A DNA stretch of 64,000 bases from Gnetum montanum (lineage: Eukaryota > Plantae > Gnetophyta), in NCBI GenBank assembly GCA_015680685.1, contig MNCI01002585.1, positions 264,568-328,567 on the forward strand, read 5' to 3'. The notes beneath the pieces were generated by a model. The model was not told the origin of the DNA and made no database searches. It saw nothing but the letters and a program-made list of their open reading frames with translations. The position numbers were made by a program, and so were the translations under genes. Each line of letters opens with the position of its first letter. The first letter of the stretch is position 1. Of the stretch, positions 22,122 through 36,914 are shown piece after piece.

Positions 22122-23720
22122 ATCTTCAAAGAAAGCCTCATTTGAATCTTCATGAATGCTCTTAGAATAAGAGAGCTTCCATTTACCCTTATTATCATAG
22201 AACTTTTGATGTTCATATAACGTAACTACTTTGGACATAACTTCAACCACCTTACCCTCAATATCGTTAAGAGTAGTAGTTATATTTTTGTTCATCACAT
22301 TCCAATCCTGGGTTAAGACTATCAAGGCCTTGTTTGGTCTAAGTTGATCTTGCACTAGGACCTTAACTGTAGTGGGAGGTTTAGTGGTACCTTCAAGTTT
22401 TTTTCCTCCCATATGTGTGATGGATCATGATTATACTCCTCGGATTGTTATTCTTTTCACTCATCTTCCATTTTAGCAATGGTACCTAAGAGCACCTTGA
22501 TTTGGGTCATAGATTTTTTCTGTACCTAGCCCATAACATACATGTCTACACATTGTCTTCTCTCCTACTTTAGTCCTTCAATGATGTGCATCAATTTCTC
22601 CCTTTGGCTAAAATCATGGTTTAGATAATGGTGAGTAGTTTTCATGTACCTTGCCATGATGATTTCAAGAGGTTCGTGGACTTCTTAGCTTCATTTTGTC
22701 ATCTCCTTATAGATGTTTAAAATTTAAACATAGGTCCAAAATTTTGTATTTACGATTATGATTATGATTATGTCTACCTACATCTAAATTGATCTAGGAG
22801 GTAAGGATTTATACAAGGTTTCTACATACTTGATGAAGGTGTAAGGAAAGAACTGCAACTTTTGCCAATCACTTACAATCCCTTCGAGATATCAAGTGTT
22901 GTCAAAAGGTTATATATGAAGCTAGGGATCATTACTATTATATTCTTTGTTTGTTGTTACATCAACCATGTTAATGCTTTTGATCTTGCTATCATGCATA
23001 TGCTTCCTTGAAATGTGTAAACGTGCAGTTAACTCATGATAATAATCCTAGTTGAATAAAAGGATATCATCATCATCATTGGTATGTCCAAACAAATGAA
23101 AATGCTAGAACTTAGAAAGAAGGTTATCATTTTGAATTTAGGATATACACAAATTAAAGGTTCCTATCCATGGGCCTTCATGGTGGAATGGCCCATTTCC
23201 ATTGTCTACTTTGGATTCCTACTCCTCATCTAAATAATTAGTTGAAAAGCTATGACTATTCTTCTCTTCCACTATTCTATCGCAAAGATCTTCAATGTAC
23301 AAGGGCTTATAATCATTGAACATAGGCTCATGAACTTTGTACACAATGCATTTATCCTCTAGCCCCATGTTGATTAAGGAATCTTTAAAATTATTTAGTG
23401 TAGCCATGACTAGGTCCATAGGGAATCAACCATGAGCATCTCTCTACCTTCCCTACTTATCTTGATGATAAGCCATCACAACTAGTAGAAGAATCTTTAT
23501 TCATTAAATGCTCAAAGATGATAATAGCCCTTAATCTTTTTGGTATATTATCAAAGATCTTTGATGCACTCTTAGTGCTATCTACAATTTCATTTGTGTT
23601 CATAACCTACACATACATAAGACTAAAAACATACACTCAATTTAAATAAAAGTTAAGATCAATAATGTATAAGTATTTTCAAATAATTCATCAAAGTCCT
23701 CCTAAGTAATGATGCCAATC
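22122..23720 (-). pseudogene. gag: Decayed Athila-like gag with a degenerate PBS
   Basis: Minus-strand translation KLQFFPYTFIK...HEPLEIIMARY...QREKLMHIIEGL is homologous to the gag at 46265-46819; TGGCATCATTACTTAGGAG at ~23718-23700 resembles a deaminated tRNA-Asp PBS. Confidence 0.6.
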
Positions 23721-24399
23721 ATAGGAGTTCCAGATGTTTTGAACCAATGGGATTTATCCTACAAATCATAGTGCGATCTAGTTATGAGCTTTGAGAGTGA
23801 TGTTTAGTAAATTACCATAAACACTTGTGTATATCATTGTGTTCAAGAAATATAAAAGAGAATATAGTACATATGATACAATTAGAACCCATGTTGTCAG
23901 CATGAGAGATAAAGAAAATATTTATAATTTTATGTTTTATAATTTTTATGGATTTTATATTTATAAAAAATAAATAATACATACATACATATGCATTGCA
24001 ATCCCTCTTAGTGATAGGTGAAATTCTTGTATTGTAATTAATCTTGGAAACAAGTGCAACAATAGACACAAAATGCAAATAAAATGGTTCTTAGTTACAA
24101 CCTTGATGGTCCAACATCATGTCGTATAGTCATGGTCTCCTTGGGTAAGGATGAATCATTGTAGCTTATGAAAGTAAGAAATAAATAAATATTTTTATGG
24201 TTTTAATATTTTATAATGTTTTTGATATTTTAATGTTTAAGCCATTAATAGTAGAAATGAGAAAAAACCATGAGCTTTATTCATTGTGTAAAAAAAGTAC
24301 ATCTCTCATACTTGGAAGAATTTCCTAAAATGCACACACTTAAGCATCAAACACTTAACATGGCTTCCACAACTAAAGAAAAATATTCACTTGCTATTG

Positions 24400-27300
24400 A
24401 TTTTAAAGAAATTCATAACAAGGATTATAATGAAGAAGATTGAAGTGCACCAATGCAAACTAGGATTTCATATGATCATATGATTTTACATTCATTTTTA
24501 CCTAGATGAGTAACTAAAATGGAGAGATCTACAAGATAATATTATCTTGCCACTTGAACATTAAGCATCATCAATGCTTCAAGAAACCTTCATGAGGCCA
24601 AACCTTCATCATGTGAAAGAAGGATATCAAGTTACTAAAATTATTATTATACCATATCAAGCAACAAAGGCTTAGGCAAGAAAGGATGTCATCATGGAGG
24701 CAAGGTATGAACATAACAAAGGAAAGAAAGCACCTCAGATAGTTATCATAGAAGAAAAGGAAGTTACTATATTCCAAACTAATAAATTCCATCAAACTCA
24801 TGGGTCTCATTTCCAAATATAAATTATCTACATTGAAGATTCCCTTAAAATAAAACTACATTCCACTCTTGTAGAAACCCCTAGAAGAAATAAGGAAGAC
24901 TTTAGACTTAGGAGGAATTCAAGACCTAAGACCTCCAATGAATCCAAAAGAGATAAATAAAGGAGTCACAAAAGGAGAACTAGTTGGCAAAATTCTTCAA
25001 GTCCTTCATCTTCTTCCTCACATTCATCTATAGATTTTGTCATGAGAGAACAAAGACAAAGGAATCATGATGAGGAAAGAAAAAGAGATCATGAGAGACA
25101 TGCACACAAAAGAAGGCATCCTGATGAAGAGAAAGATAATCATGAAACAAAAGTAGAAAGAATTAGAAATAAGGTGAGAGAGCATCATGAGCATTAGAAG
25201 AATCATCACTACAATAGAACTTACAAAATCAAAGACTATGAAGAACCCCTGCTGACCACTTATAATGTGATCACCATTAGGGAAGTTGTGTACATTTCTA
25301 TCAGGCATGTAAAGGATAGTTGCATCAAGTAACTAGACGTAAATAATATCCTAAAATTTAAAGGAGTATATAATGTAGATCCACAACATCATCTTCAAGC
25401 CTTCCATGATGTCTGTAGCCTATTAAACATATAAAATGATTAGTAGAAATTAAAGTTATTTCCTAGAACATTCATAAAAGAGGCAAAAAGTTGATATAGA
25501 TTCTTAGAACTAGAATCAATTGGAAGATGAATTACCATGCTAGAACTCTTTAATGACAAATATCAAACCTATTCTAGAGTATCAAATTTAAGAAAATAGA
25601 TTCAAGGATGAAAACAAAGGATACATGAATCCCTTAATGTAACATTGAGCAAGTACTATTCCTTATTACATAGGTGCCTAGGCCACAAATTTTCTTAAAG
25701 GAAGCAACTAGGACATATCATCAATGGACTAAGAAAAAAGATAAGATAAATCCTTGAATTATATGCCCAAAGTAGATTATCCAAAATGATAGCTCATCAA
25801 ATCCAAAGACTCATAAAACAAATGACAAAATAGGAAGGAGAGGTAAGGGAAAGAGAATTAACAAAAGAATCTAATAGCAATCTAGCAATAAGAAAAAGGG
25901 ATGTAAGAATATGTGAATCACGAGAAGAAGAAAATTTAGAAGATACGATTTAATGTAAAAATTTACTAATCCAAATCAATCAATGATATTGCAACAAAGG
26001 TAGAGAAAATGTGGGATTCAATAGATGAGAAGTTTGCTACAACATTGAAGACAATAGAGAGCAAGAGCAAGCAAGCCTTAAATAGAAGTAAGAATAGAAA
26101 GAAGAAAAGAGATAATGGAAATGAAAACTACAAAAATAAAGGACAATTTGCTCTAGTGTAGAAAGTAATAGACTCCAATTCAGAAGATGGTGAAGGATGG
26201 AAAGTATGCCAATATGAACATCCTAAATGATGTTTCCCTATTATGATCCACTTACAAGAGTTTGGGACATATGTGCTTAATCCAAAGTTCATCAAGAAAC
26301 ATATGATAGACAATTAACTCATCCACAAGATAATTTCAAACAATCCGACCAACAATTGTACTATTTAAGCAAGCCTTATCCTCAATTGTAGGAATAATAC
26401 TAGTAGTAATGAAAACAACCACAAGCATGGGGTATGCCACTATCAAAGTAGTAGTATTGATAAAGGAAGCATGATTCCTATGGATACTATGTACAACATC
26501 CAATCTCTCCCAAAAATATTTTTGTCCATACTTTCTCTTCTTACTATCTACCAGAGTAGCATGGACCCATTAGCTCATGTATGAATCTAAATTCTTACAC
26601 ACCCTAACCAATAGTTGGTCCCTCATTCCAAGCTTTTAATATGTTACCACTTGTATCTCCACTAGTCATGCAAGGAGAACTATCAATATAGCCACAAGAA
26701 AATAATGTTATTAGGGTAGTCACTACAAAAGAGGACATCACAATAAGTGAACCAAGATCCAGGAAAGCTACCATTTTTAGGGCAAGCTTAGAAAAGGTTT
26801 GAAGACTAGGAATCTCAACTAACTCTATGTCATTCACACATAGTCCTTAGAAAAATACTATTCTTCCAACATCTACAAAAAATAATTTAATAGTTTTCAT
26901 GCTCACATAGACTATAACACACTAGACAAAAGTAGAAGCACTTTCCAAGAAAAGAGTAGATCGAAGAAGTCACTTAGTCTATCTTCAAATAGTGATATAA
27001 AAATCATGAAAGGATTTATTAGATTCAAAAGTAGAAGTGAACTTTATCTTATAAGACATGTATAAAGCCTCAAATTTTCCTTTACTAAAGAAGAGTAACA
27101 TCTAATTAGAGCTAGCAGATTAGTCAATTACTATTCCACTTGGACAAGTGAAACATGTGATTATTATAATAATTGGTTGATCTTATCCTACTATTTTTCT
27201 CATCATACATGTTGGAAGAAATAAAGAAAAATTATGTATAATTATGGGAAGGGCATGGCTTAGCACTATGAATGATAAGCTAGAAATTCGAGACTTATCC

Positions 27301-30300
27301 TTGGAGATTTTCAAGGAAAATGAAGCTAGAATTATTAAAGACACATTGTTCCATGTATCACATATAAGAATAATGAGTGAAATTATGTGCAAAAACTCTA
27401 TACAACAAAATAAAATGTTTTCATAGCATGCAATAGATGTGTTGAAGACATGTATGTACAACAATATTTCTATGCAGCAACTACTAGATAAGAAAGAACC
27501 CAATGCATGATCACTGAAGGAGAATTAGAATCTAACATATGTAGAGAACTAGTGGACAAGATCATGAGTGCCTATGTTGAAGAAACATATAAGTTAGAAC
27601 AATTACAAAGATAACATTTCTATATGAAATCACAATAAGAATAAGATATTGAATAGGAATAGTTAGAGATTCAAAAAAGTTATAAAACAAAAACACTAGA
27701 ACTAAAAGTCCTATTGGATGCACTATAATATGCATTCCTAAACAACAAAAAACCAATAGTTATAAATGCCTATCTTGATAAATAGCAAAAGAGAAAATTA
27801 TTGAAAGTGGTAAACAAATGACAAACCATATTTGCTGGGTCTTATGATGAGATCATTGGCATTGATCTATGCACTTGTCAACATCGAATCTACATAGATC
27901 CAACCATTACATCATGCCACTAAACTCAAAGAAGATTGAATTCCAACCTTAAAGAAGTTTTCAAACAAGAGCTAGAGAAACTAGTGAAGACAAGGTTCAT
28001 CTATCCAATCATAGATAGTGAATGAATTAGCCAATTAGTCATTGTTCCAAAGAAGAATGAAAAGTGGAGTTTCTGTATCAATTTTCAATTGTTGAACATG
28101 GTGACATTTAAAGATCATTTCCTTTTGGTGTTTATTGATCATGTCCTACATAACATTGCAAGACATCAGTATTATAGCTTGGATAATTACAGTGGATATA
28201 ATAAGATTCATATCACACTAGAAGATTAGGAGAAAATAATGTTCACTAATCCATGAAGAATTTTTTCATACAAGCAAATGTTCTTTGTCTTGTGTAATAC
28301 TCCAACCACTTTCCAATGGCATTTCCTTAGCATCTTCCAGAAATAGATTAGCAATGGGGTTGAAGTATTCATGGATGATTTTTCTACATATAGACCTAAC
28401 TTTAAGCAAGACTTAGACAACTAGAAAATGTTTTGAAAAGAAGTGTTAAAACCAATTTGAAGCTTAATTAGTAAAAAAGCCACTAAATGGTCCAAGGAGA
28501 CATAGTTATAGGACATAAGGTATCTTATACAAGAATTGATGTAGATGTAGAAAAGATCAAAGTCATTCAAAACATCACTCAAAGGCCACAAATAATTAAA
28601 GATGTTAGATCATTTCTTGCCCATAAAGGATACTATAGGAGATTCATTGAAAATTTCTCAAAGATTGCAAAATTGCTCATTAAGCTGACAAAGAAGGATG
28701 AACCATTTCAGTGGTCAAAACTTTGTGAAAAAGAATTCAAGATTCTAAAATAGAAATTGATTTAAGACACTAAACCTCCAAGCTCTAGATTAGTTCAATC
28801 ATTTTCACATTGTGCTATATGCTTCCAACTATATATTAGGATCAATGTTGACTCAACTTGATTAAACATAACCTTATTACATACATTGCACCAATCAAAG
28901 CATCACTGGGACACAACTCAACTATACCACATAAAAAATAAGCTTATGGTTATGGTATATACACTTGAAAAGTTCACACATTGTATGCTCAAGTATTCCA
29001 TCTATGTCCATACTAACCACAATGCTATTAGGTTTCTAATGAATAAACTAGTAATAAGTCCAAGAGTGATAAGATGGCTTATCATCTTATAGTAATTCGA
29101 CATCACGATGATCAACAAGAAAGGAACTGAAAATGTTGTAGCTAATCACTAATCAAGATTAAGTTAGGAACATTAAGGAAAAAGAACCAATGTCAAACCA
29201 ATTTCCTAAAAAAAATTATTTACAAAGATAACAATGATTGAAGACTCAATAGTGAAGTCATGCATAATTAAATACATAACATATATAACCATATAAGAAC
29301 TTCATGTTGAATGGGATAAGAAGCATAAAGAATAGTTTCTTCATAGTGTAAAAGGATATATGAAAATTAATTGAAATCTTCACAAGATACGTACTGATGG
29401 ATGATAAGATTGTGTGTTCTAGAAGAAAATCAACAAAGAGTCTTGCAAGATACACATGAAGGATCATACCGTGTGGTGGTTACTATGCAAGATGGTAGAA
29501 AACACTAAAATTGAGGATGATTGGCTACTTTTTCCTATCATATTTAAGGATGCACATCAATTTATAGAATCTTATGAAAGATGCTAGAGAGATGGAGGAC
29601 TGACTACCAGAAAAGAAGAAGCATAACAATAGATATAACCATTAGAACCCTTTGATATTTGGGGAATTAACTTTACGAGGTCCATCACACTGATGTTGAA
29701 TGGAAAGTTTTATATTATAGTTATTGTTGATTACTACACTAAGTGGGCAGGAGCAGCTATAGTTAAGAACTGCAAGGTCACAACAGCTATAAAGTTCTTT
29801 AAAAACACATGGTAAATAGATTTGGAGTACCACACATGTTAATATTACAAAATAGGACTCATTTCACTATAGCTACATTTAAGAAGTTAATGCAACAACT
29901 CAGGGTTAACCATACATTAACTACACCTAATCACCCCTAAGTGAATAGTCAACATGAAGTAACTAACAGAAAAACCATAAGAATATTAACTAGAAAAATT
30001 AGTTGATATAGGAAGGACTAGGGTACTAAACTTAATGATGTTTTATGAGGATATAGATCAACCTAGAAACTTTCTATAGGGTATTTAATATACAAGTTAG
30101 TTTATGAAAAATTTCCTACTTTATCAATCCAAGAAAAATTAAATACCCTTGCAACTACAAGCATACTTGATCTAGACTTATACTTAGCTCAAAATGAACA
30201 ATGAATAAATCTCAATCTCTTAGATGAAAATAGGTTGATAGCTTAAGTGAGTAATGAAATCCATAAGAAGTATTCCAAATATAGAAATGATGTCAAAATT

Positions 30301-30336
30301 AGATAAGTATCCATTAAGCCTAGAGATAAAGTCCTT
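24400..30336 (+). mobile_element. Heavily decayed Athila-like gag-pol, 3'-truncated
   Basis: gag (~25000-26000) aligns with 45600-46800; PR MGRAWLST (27244); RT FMDDF (~28368); DVRSFL..GYYRRFI; RH; INT ending near a DKVL-like motif at ~30330. Confidence 0.8.
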
Positions 30337-30339
30337 AAT

Positions 30340-33300
30340 TAAAACAAAAACCACGGGAAGCTTAGGGTTTGATTCCCATGCTATTAGGGGAAGGACAATG
30401 CATACTACTAAAATTCTTAATTGTAATAAACAACAATTACCCAACATCCTCTGGTGGGTTCTGAGCCTACATGGTTGGAAAAACATGTTTTACGCAAGGT
30501 TTAGAGAGTTGGGATGGATCTTGATTTACCCATCATCCACCCTTCTTCACCACTAAGAACTCCGCAAGCCTTCTTAGATATGTTGTAAAAATGCAAAGTG
30601 CAGGTGGCATATTGTATCAAGATTGTCCCAGAGTTTTAGCATCTCCTCTCATAGCCCAAAAATCAAATTAGTCTAGTTAAATTGAGTACCCTTGGTGAGA
30701 ACCTTTTCCATGGTCCATGCCTACTCAATGGCTAGGATCTTCTTATGTGATAATAGCTTTGGAAATGCCTAGGATCAGAATAATGGGTACATCTCATTCA
30801 CGTCTACGACTTGGCAATGGTCTAGAGTCAATCCAGAGTGGCCATAATGATTGTTTAGCCATTCTTCCACTTCCTCCCAATGGCCCACCTCTTTCCTTGG
30901 TTTAGTGGCAAACTTCATGCCCTCAGAAGGAATGCCAAAGAGATCATCGAAGGTATATTTATTAATGGCCAAGGTGACAAACACACCATGAACCTAGGTG
31001 ATGAATTTCTTCACTCCTTTCTTAAAGGAGTCAATGACATTCACCATCTCAAGGATAGGGATGGTTAGACTAGGAGCCATGAATAGGTCAGGCAAACATG
31101 CACTAGTGATCCTTACTTGGAGGTCTCTAGGTGCTTAGCTAGCCAACCAATGCTACACTACATCCACCTTGTCAAACTTGAGAATGAGTGTCTCCTTAGA
31201 ACATCTTGAAGTGATCATAGCAATGGTGGATGCTGGAGAAACTACTATAACATAATGAAAACATCCCATTATCTTTTGCATAGGCACATCATATATAATA
31301 AAAATATTATAAACACAACAAATTAAAAACAAAACTTATAGCCACACTGATAAAACCAATAAGACAATTAAAGCCTACATAACCAAATAACTATATAACT
31401 AGAAAATGTTGACATTACATGAAACAAAAAATAAAATAAAAATAAAAATTCTTACTTTACTTGATAGGAGAAGACAATGTAGGGATCCTAAGGGGTATAC
31501 ATGTCTGTGCACCTAAATTAGGAATACCCCACCAACTATGAGCCATCCCATTGGCCAAGCACCTGTGGTAGGCTTAAGAATAGCATGAGGTATACCTGCC
31601 AAGTCATCTTTGAGCTACTCCATCACTATGAGCCTCACTACTTGGCTTTTGGCAAAGACCTCCAGTGTTGTTTAGGCCAATGGTAAGAGCTAGTCACTTT
31701 TGATCAACCCATGGTCATACACCTTATACCTGTAAGCATGCCAACCTAAACAATTGTTGAACCCAAGTGGCCTAATGAAATCAACAAATAAACCAAAAAA
31801 TCTTAAAATTACACTTACCCCTCCAAATGCTCAACAGTGTTAAGAGGGTTCTAGAATAAGGTGTTAACACAACGATGAACCAATAATGTGTTATTGGCAT
31901 TGTACTGGATAAATTCAGGCATATCCTAGATTTTGGACAATTAACATGTGGCCTTGGTGTATATGCTATCGAATTGGTTACCCTCCACATGGGTGTCAAG
32001 ATCCTCAACTATGAACTTGATGATTAGGCTGGCAAAGTGTGATAGTAGGGTCTTTACGATAATAATTGTTGTTTTAGATGGTAAGTGTGATCATACCATC
32101 ACACTAAAATTCTGCAACATGAAGGCTAGAAACTCCTTGGTCCTTGGCCTAAACCAAAGTAAACCACAGTCCAACACCATGTTGGTAAGCAAGGTGTTGG
32201 ATCCTAGTATGTGTATACAACACAGCAACCCAACCAGCTCAATCACCATGAGGATAGACTTCAAGAAGGCCCTACACAACCCAACAATGACCATTAAAAT
32301 CTTATATGGCCATAACAAAAATCTAACAACCATTAAACAACCAAAAAATTACAGCCATAATGTCAAGGTTTTCACATGAACCAAACAATAAAATTCACAA
32401 TTCACAACCATTAAAAAAAACAAAATTTAAGCAAGAACTAAGCAAAAATCCAAATAGCCCATTAACACCAATGGTAATCTTGTGGTTGAAAATTCATAAA
32501 ATATTACAAAAATTTTATAGCCACGAGAATTAGCCTATATTGAAATATAACATACAATAACATCAACAAAATTCCAACTTGAATTTAACAAAATTTCAAC
32601 TAGGAATCCTAATTTGTAATGAAATTAGCTATAGTAAAAACTCTAGAGAGACTAGCTAAAAATTTTGAAAAATTCTAATAGCTATAGGGAATCAACATGC
32701 AACATGTAAATAACTAGTAGATGTCTAAACATACATAAAAAATTCCAAAAATACACTAACGCTACCTATACAAAACTAGGGGGTTTGCAGTTCTAACAGT
32801 TGAAACTACAACTATAGAGAGTAGTTCACATGCATAAAAAATGATAACTTTCTACTAAAAAAAATTTTTCTAACTCTAGGTGCTACACATACATAAAAGT
32901 TAGCAAAATTTAAAATCAATGCTATAGTTTCAAGCTTGGAAAGAATTTATACAACCTAAAGCCACTTCAACATTTCATGGAAAAACCTAATCTGCATAAA
33001 AAATAAATGTAGTAGATCACTTGAAAAAAATATGGAAAAAATTCCAAATTTGATGCTAAAGCCTCCCACGCAACCCTAGGCATCCCCGGGAAGCTAGGAT
33101 GTTGGTAAAAAAAAATTTTCTAGGTGTCAACGTTACTTGATTTCGAAGGGGTGAAATAGTAAAAAACCAAAAATTGACTGTGAACTAACTTATGGAAAAA
33201 TTCATAAAAAATTAACCGTAAGTCAAAAATCAATGGCTTAACAACCAATTTGACTGGAAAATGACAAAAACCAGCCCCATGAACCCAAAAAAAAAATTGT

Positions 33301-33760
33301 ATGTCATTTTTTTACAAAAAATAGAAAAGTAACATTTTTTTTTTAGGAAAACTACAAAAAATACATAAAATAAGGCAAAATAAATTTCACAACTTCATAC
33401 CAACGGTCCCTAAGACAAAAACAACACATTGCGCATATAACCATAACCAGACTACAACATTTAAACTATTCAAAGCCAAAATCCATTCAACAAATAAGCC
33501 TAACCAAGAGAAAACACCTAGGTTCTAGGCTAAGAGTTCCTAAAAATGACCAAGAGAGGTGTACCTAGCAGTAATGATGGACAAAGCCTTTCTAAGCATA
33601 GACCATGATAGATGGGAGAGTCCCTTGGCAACAATGTTTGCCTCTTCCAAGGTTGGGTTCTTACTTATGGATGCTCTCCTTTTCAAAATCTTGGGTGGGT
33701 AATACAAAAATCTTCAAAATCTACAATTCTCCTTCAATCTCCTTGCAACTGTGTTGCTCC
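30340..33760 (-). pseudogene. Homolog of the antisense accessory gene in Tat-2 (exons 1-4 remain)
   Basis: ILMVIELVGLL..LWFRPRTKEFLAFMLQNFSVMV, LSKI*DM..YNANNTLL..LF*NP, TLILKF and FDDLFGIP match Tat-1 exons 2-4; splice sites at equivalent positions (donor ~31817, acceptor ~31730, donor ~31458, acceptor ~31247). Confidence 0.75.
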
Positions 33761-34299
33761 TTGGTGTAGAATGGTTAAGCTACACTAGGGATGAGTGAGA
33801 ATTAAGGTCAAAATCGATGTAGAAGCCTTGATGCTAAGCATTTCCTATTGGGGATGAGCTAGGAAAATTGATGTTGGTAAAATTTTAATGTGAGAATTAC
33901 TCCCAAACTTATGCATTAATTATTCAAAACCCCTTACCCAAAACACCTACACAAGTTTCACATAACTTCATGTTCACAATTAGAAGGTGGAAACTACGCT
34001 GGGTTAGTGGCAAATTAATGTATTTTTACAATTCAAATTTGGATGGGCCCCACTAGACACCTCCTAAATAAACCAATAAAAATCCTAACACACTAGGCTT
34101 TAGGCTTCTCCATAGGAACTACAATGGGATTAAGTGCCTAAAAAGCCTTGTAATGGATTCCAAGCCTCAACCACTATTAAAACTTACCTTGTAACCATAC
34201 ATTCACAACTTGTTAAAGCCAAAAAAAAATCCTCATGCCAAAATTGAACATCAAATGTTGACATTGAAAGTTACTAAGCACTAAAATAAGCTATTTTAG

Positions 34300-35900
34300 G
34301 CAACAATGTTGGCCAAGAGCTTAACTACGTTGGCCAACATAGTCCTAAGGGGGATGGAACTTTCCACAACTAATCAAACTTCTAATCAACCCCAAAATGA
34401 TCACACCAAGTCCCAAACCCTAGCCAAAACATATGACAACTCTGGAATCCCTTAAAATCCATTAAAAAGTGCTAAAATCATTTGTCTTGGATGAACTACA
34501 CTGGAGGGCACTAGAGCTATGCTAGTTAGCATAGTCCTAGTGTAGTTCATAGGTGTTTAGCCATCAAATGCCTCAAACAACCTTTGAAGAGGCACATAAT
34601 GATCTTTACACCTCCTTAAAGCCTTCAATAATCTTGAAATGTCAAACAAATAAGTGAAAACAATTCAAACCCCACTTCAACCTTGAAACTATGCTAAGCA
34701 TGACCCCAATTATGCTGGCCAGCATAGTCCCAGTGTACTTGGCTAAGGTTTGATCATCAAGTACCTCAAATAACCTTCAAAGTATCACATTTTAAGCTTT
34801 ACACCTCCCTAGAATCCCTGATGATCCTAAAATTCCAAACAATGAAGAAAAAACCAATCAAAGCATAATTCAACCTTATAACTACATTAGGCATGAACCC
34901 AACTATGCTAACCAACATAGTCTCAACATAGTTAACTTGGAAAAATCTAAAAATAAACCATTAATATGCCAAGTTAACATATGAATACATCATCTTAATC
35001 CTAAAACCTTATCGGAGCCTCTAGAGATCACCAAACTCTGGAAACTGAGTTGAAAATAGCTAAAATCCATTGTCTTCCCCACATTCACATTGGAACTATG
35101 CTACCTAGCATAGTCTAAGGGGAAATGGCCATATCAACACTCAAATGACCTCCAAAATTGACAATTTTGAGCAAAACCCTTAGTCATGAACACCAATAAT
35201 CCTCAAAATTCAAAAAATTGGTCAATTGACCATCAAAACTCACTAAAAATCAAGATTTAGGTGTAACTATGTTGGGAAAGGCTAGAGCCATGTTGGCCAA
35301 CATGGCTCCACTATAGTTGTGATTCCAAGATGATTTTACTAGCACCACAACACTCCAAATGGTCTAAAACTTAACCAGGGAAGTCTAGAACCTTGAAACC
35401 TTGAAGCTAGCTATAATTTAGTCTTATTTTAATCATAAAAACATCAAGTTCCATTAAACCACATTGGGGCCACCCTCAACTACGTTGGGCAATGTAGTCC
35501 TTGGGGGGATGGTTCCAAAGTTCACTTTCAATAATCTCTTTTGGCCTTCAAATGACCGGTTCATAACCCTAATGCCCCTACACTATCCTAGGAAGCTAAT
35601 AAGACATAAATTTCAACCTTGTGATGCCACAAATTAATTTTTCTCATGGAACTATGCTAGGACCACATTGGCCAACGTAGTTGGTAGTCCCTGACAACAT
35701 TTGTGGCCTCTAGAGGGTCAAATCGATACCAAAGTTGGCCAATCTTCACTCCTAATCTACTACGTTGTAAATTTGGACCATAAAAATCTCAAAACTGGCC
35801 ACAACAAACCTTGAACCCACATCCTAATAGGAAAAACACTAGGGCTTTCCAAAGCCATGCTAGCCAACATAGTCCCAACATGGCTCCAACATAGTTGCCA
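34300..35900. repeat. ~192-bp period array, each unit centred on a ~20-bp palindrome (consensus ACTACGYTGGCCARCGTAGT)
   Basis: Palindromes near 34324, 34516, 34710, 34902, 35095, 35288, 35479, 35665 and 35855; the units at 34516 and 34710 are alignable. Confidence 0.8.
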
Positions 35901-36914
35901 AAAGGGATCTTGTTTTTGCCTTCAAATAGCTTCAAAATGACCTCCCCAAGTGTCCAAACTTTTCCATCAACCATGTAGCCTCACAACATGACCTGCTAAG
36001 GCCTATAATTGGCAAAATGTAATCCTAATTTATTAATATTAATCATGTTTTGCCCCATGTCTTCCAACTTAACTGGTTTGGCCTTGTTTCATTATGTTTT
36101 AACTTGATTTAACCTAGGTATGCATTATTGACCTTTGTTGTCCTATCATTTGATGTCATTTGGCTTCATTTTTGTCATTTTAGCATCATTTGGCCTTATT
36201 TCATCAACTAGTTTTAATCATTTGACATCTTTTGACATTAGTGAACTTAGTTTAACCGCAATTAATACTATTGGACATCACTGTGACCATGTTTGACCCT
36301 CCAAAACATCATATGATGGGATTTAACCATCATTTAGGCTCCATTCGATCCCATTTGATCATCATTTGTCTATCATTTAGCTTTGTCCCATGTTAGTTGG
36401 CCTTTGGTTTACCACGTCTACCTTATCCTATCCCCTATGACCCTTGTTGACCATTGTTTAGCCTTGTTCAACATCATTTGATGGTTCTTGACTACCATTA
36501 AACCATCATTTGGTCTCATTTGTCATCATTTGGTTATCATTTGGCTTTATTTCATGTTAGTTGGCCTTTAGTTTACCTTATTTACTTTGCCTTTTCTTTT
36601 ATGACCCTTGTTGACCATGCTTTGACCTAATTTGATATCATTTAATGGGATTTAACCATTATATGGCCTTCATTGGCTATTATTCTACCATCATTTGGCC
36701 TTCATTTAACCTTGTTTGGCCTCTGTTTTACCTTATTTTTTTAGCCTACATCGTAAAACCTTTAGTTACCTTATTTGAACCATGTTTAACCATTGCTAAA
36801 ACATATTTTGACTTATTCATACAAAATTGCTAAAGTATTTTACATTATTTTGGCATTATTTACTAATTTTATCACATAAGTACCACTTAATGTGCTTATG
36901 GTTAATATGCAAGA

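Noticed and set aside
34300-35900. CRISPR-like look (palindromic repeats with long spacers)
   Set aside because: Spacers are ~170 bp and partly homologous to each other, the context is a eukaryotic retrotransposon, and there are no cas genes; it is a diverged tandem repeat
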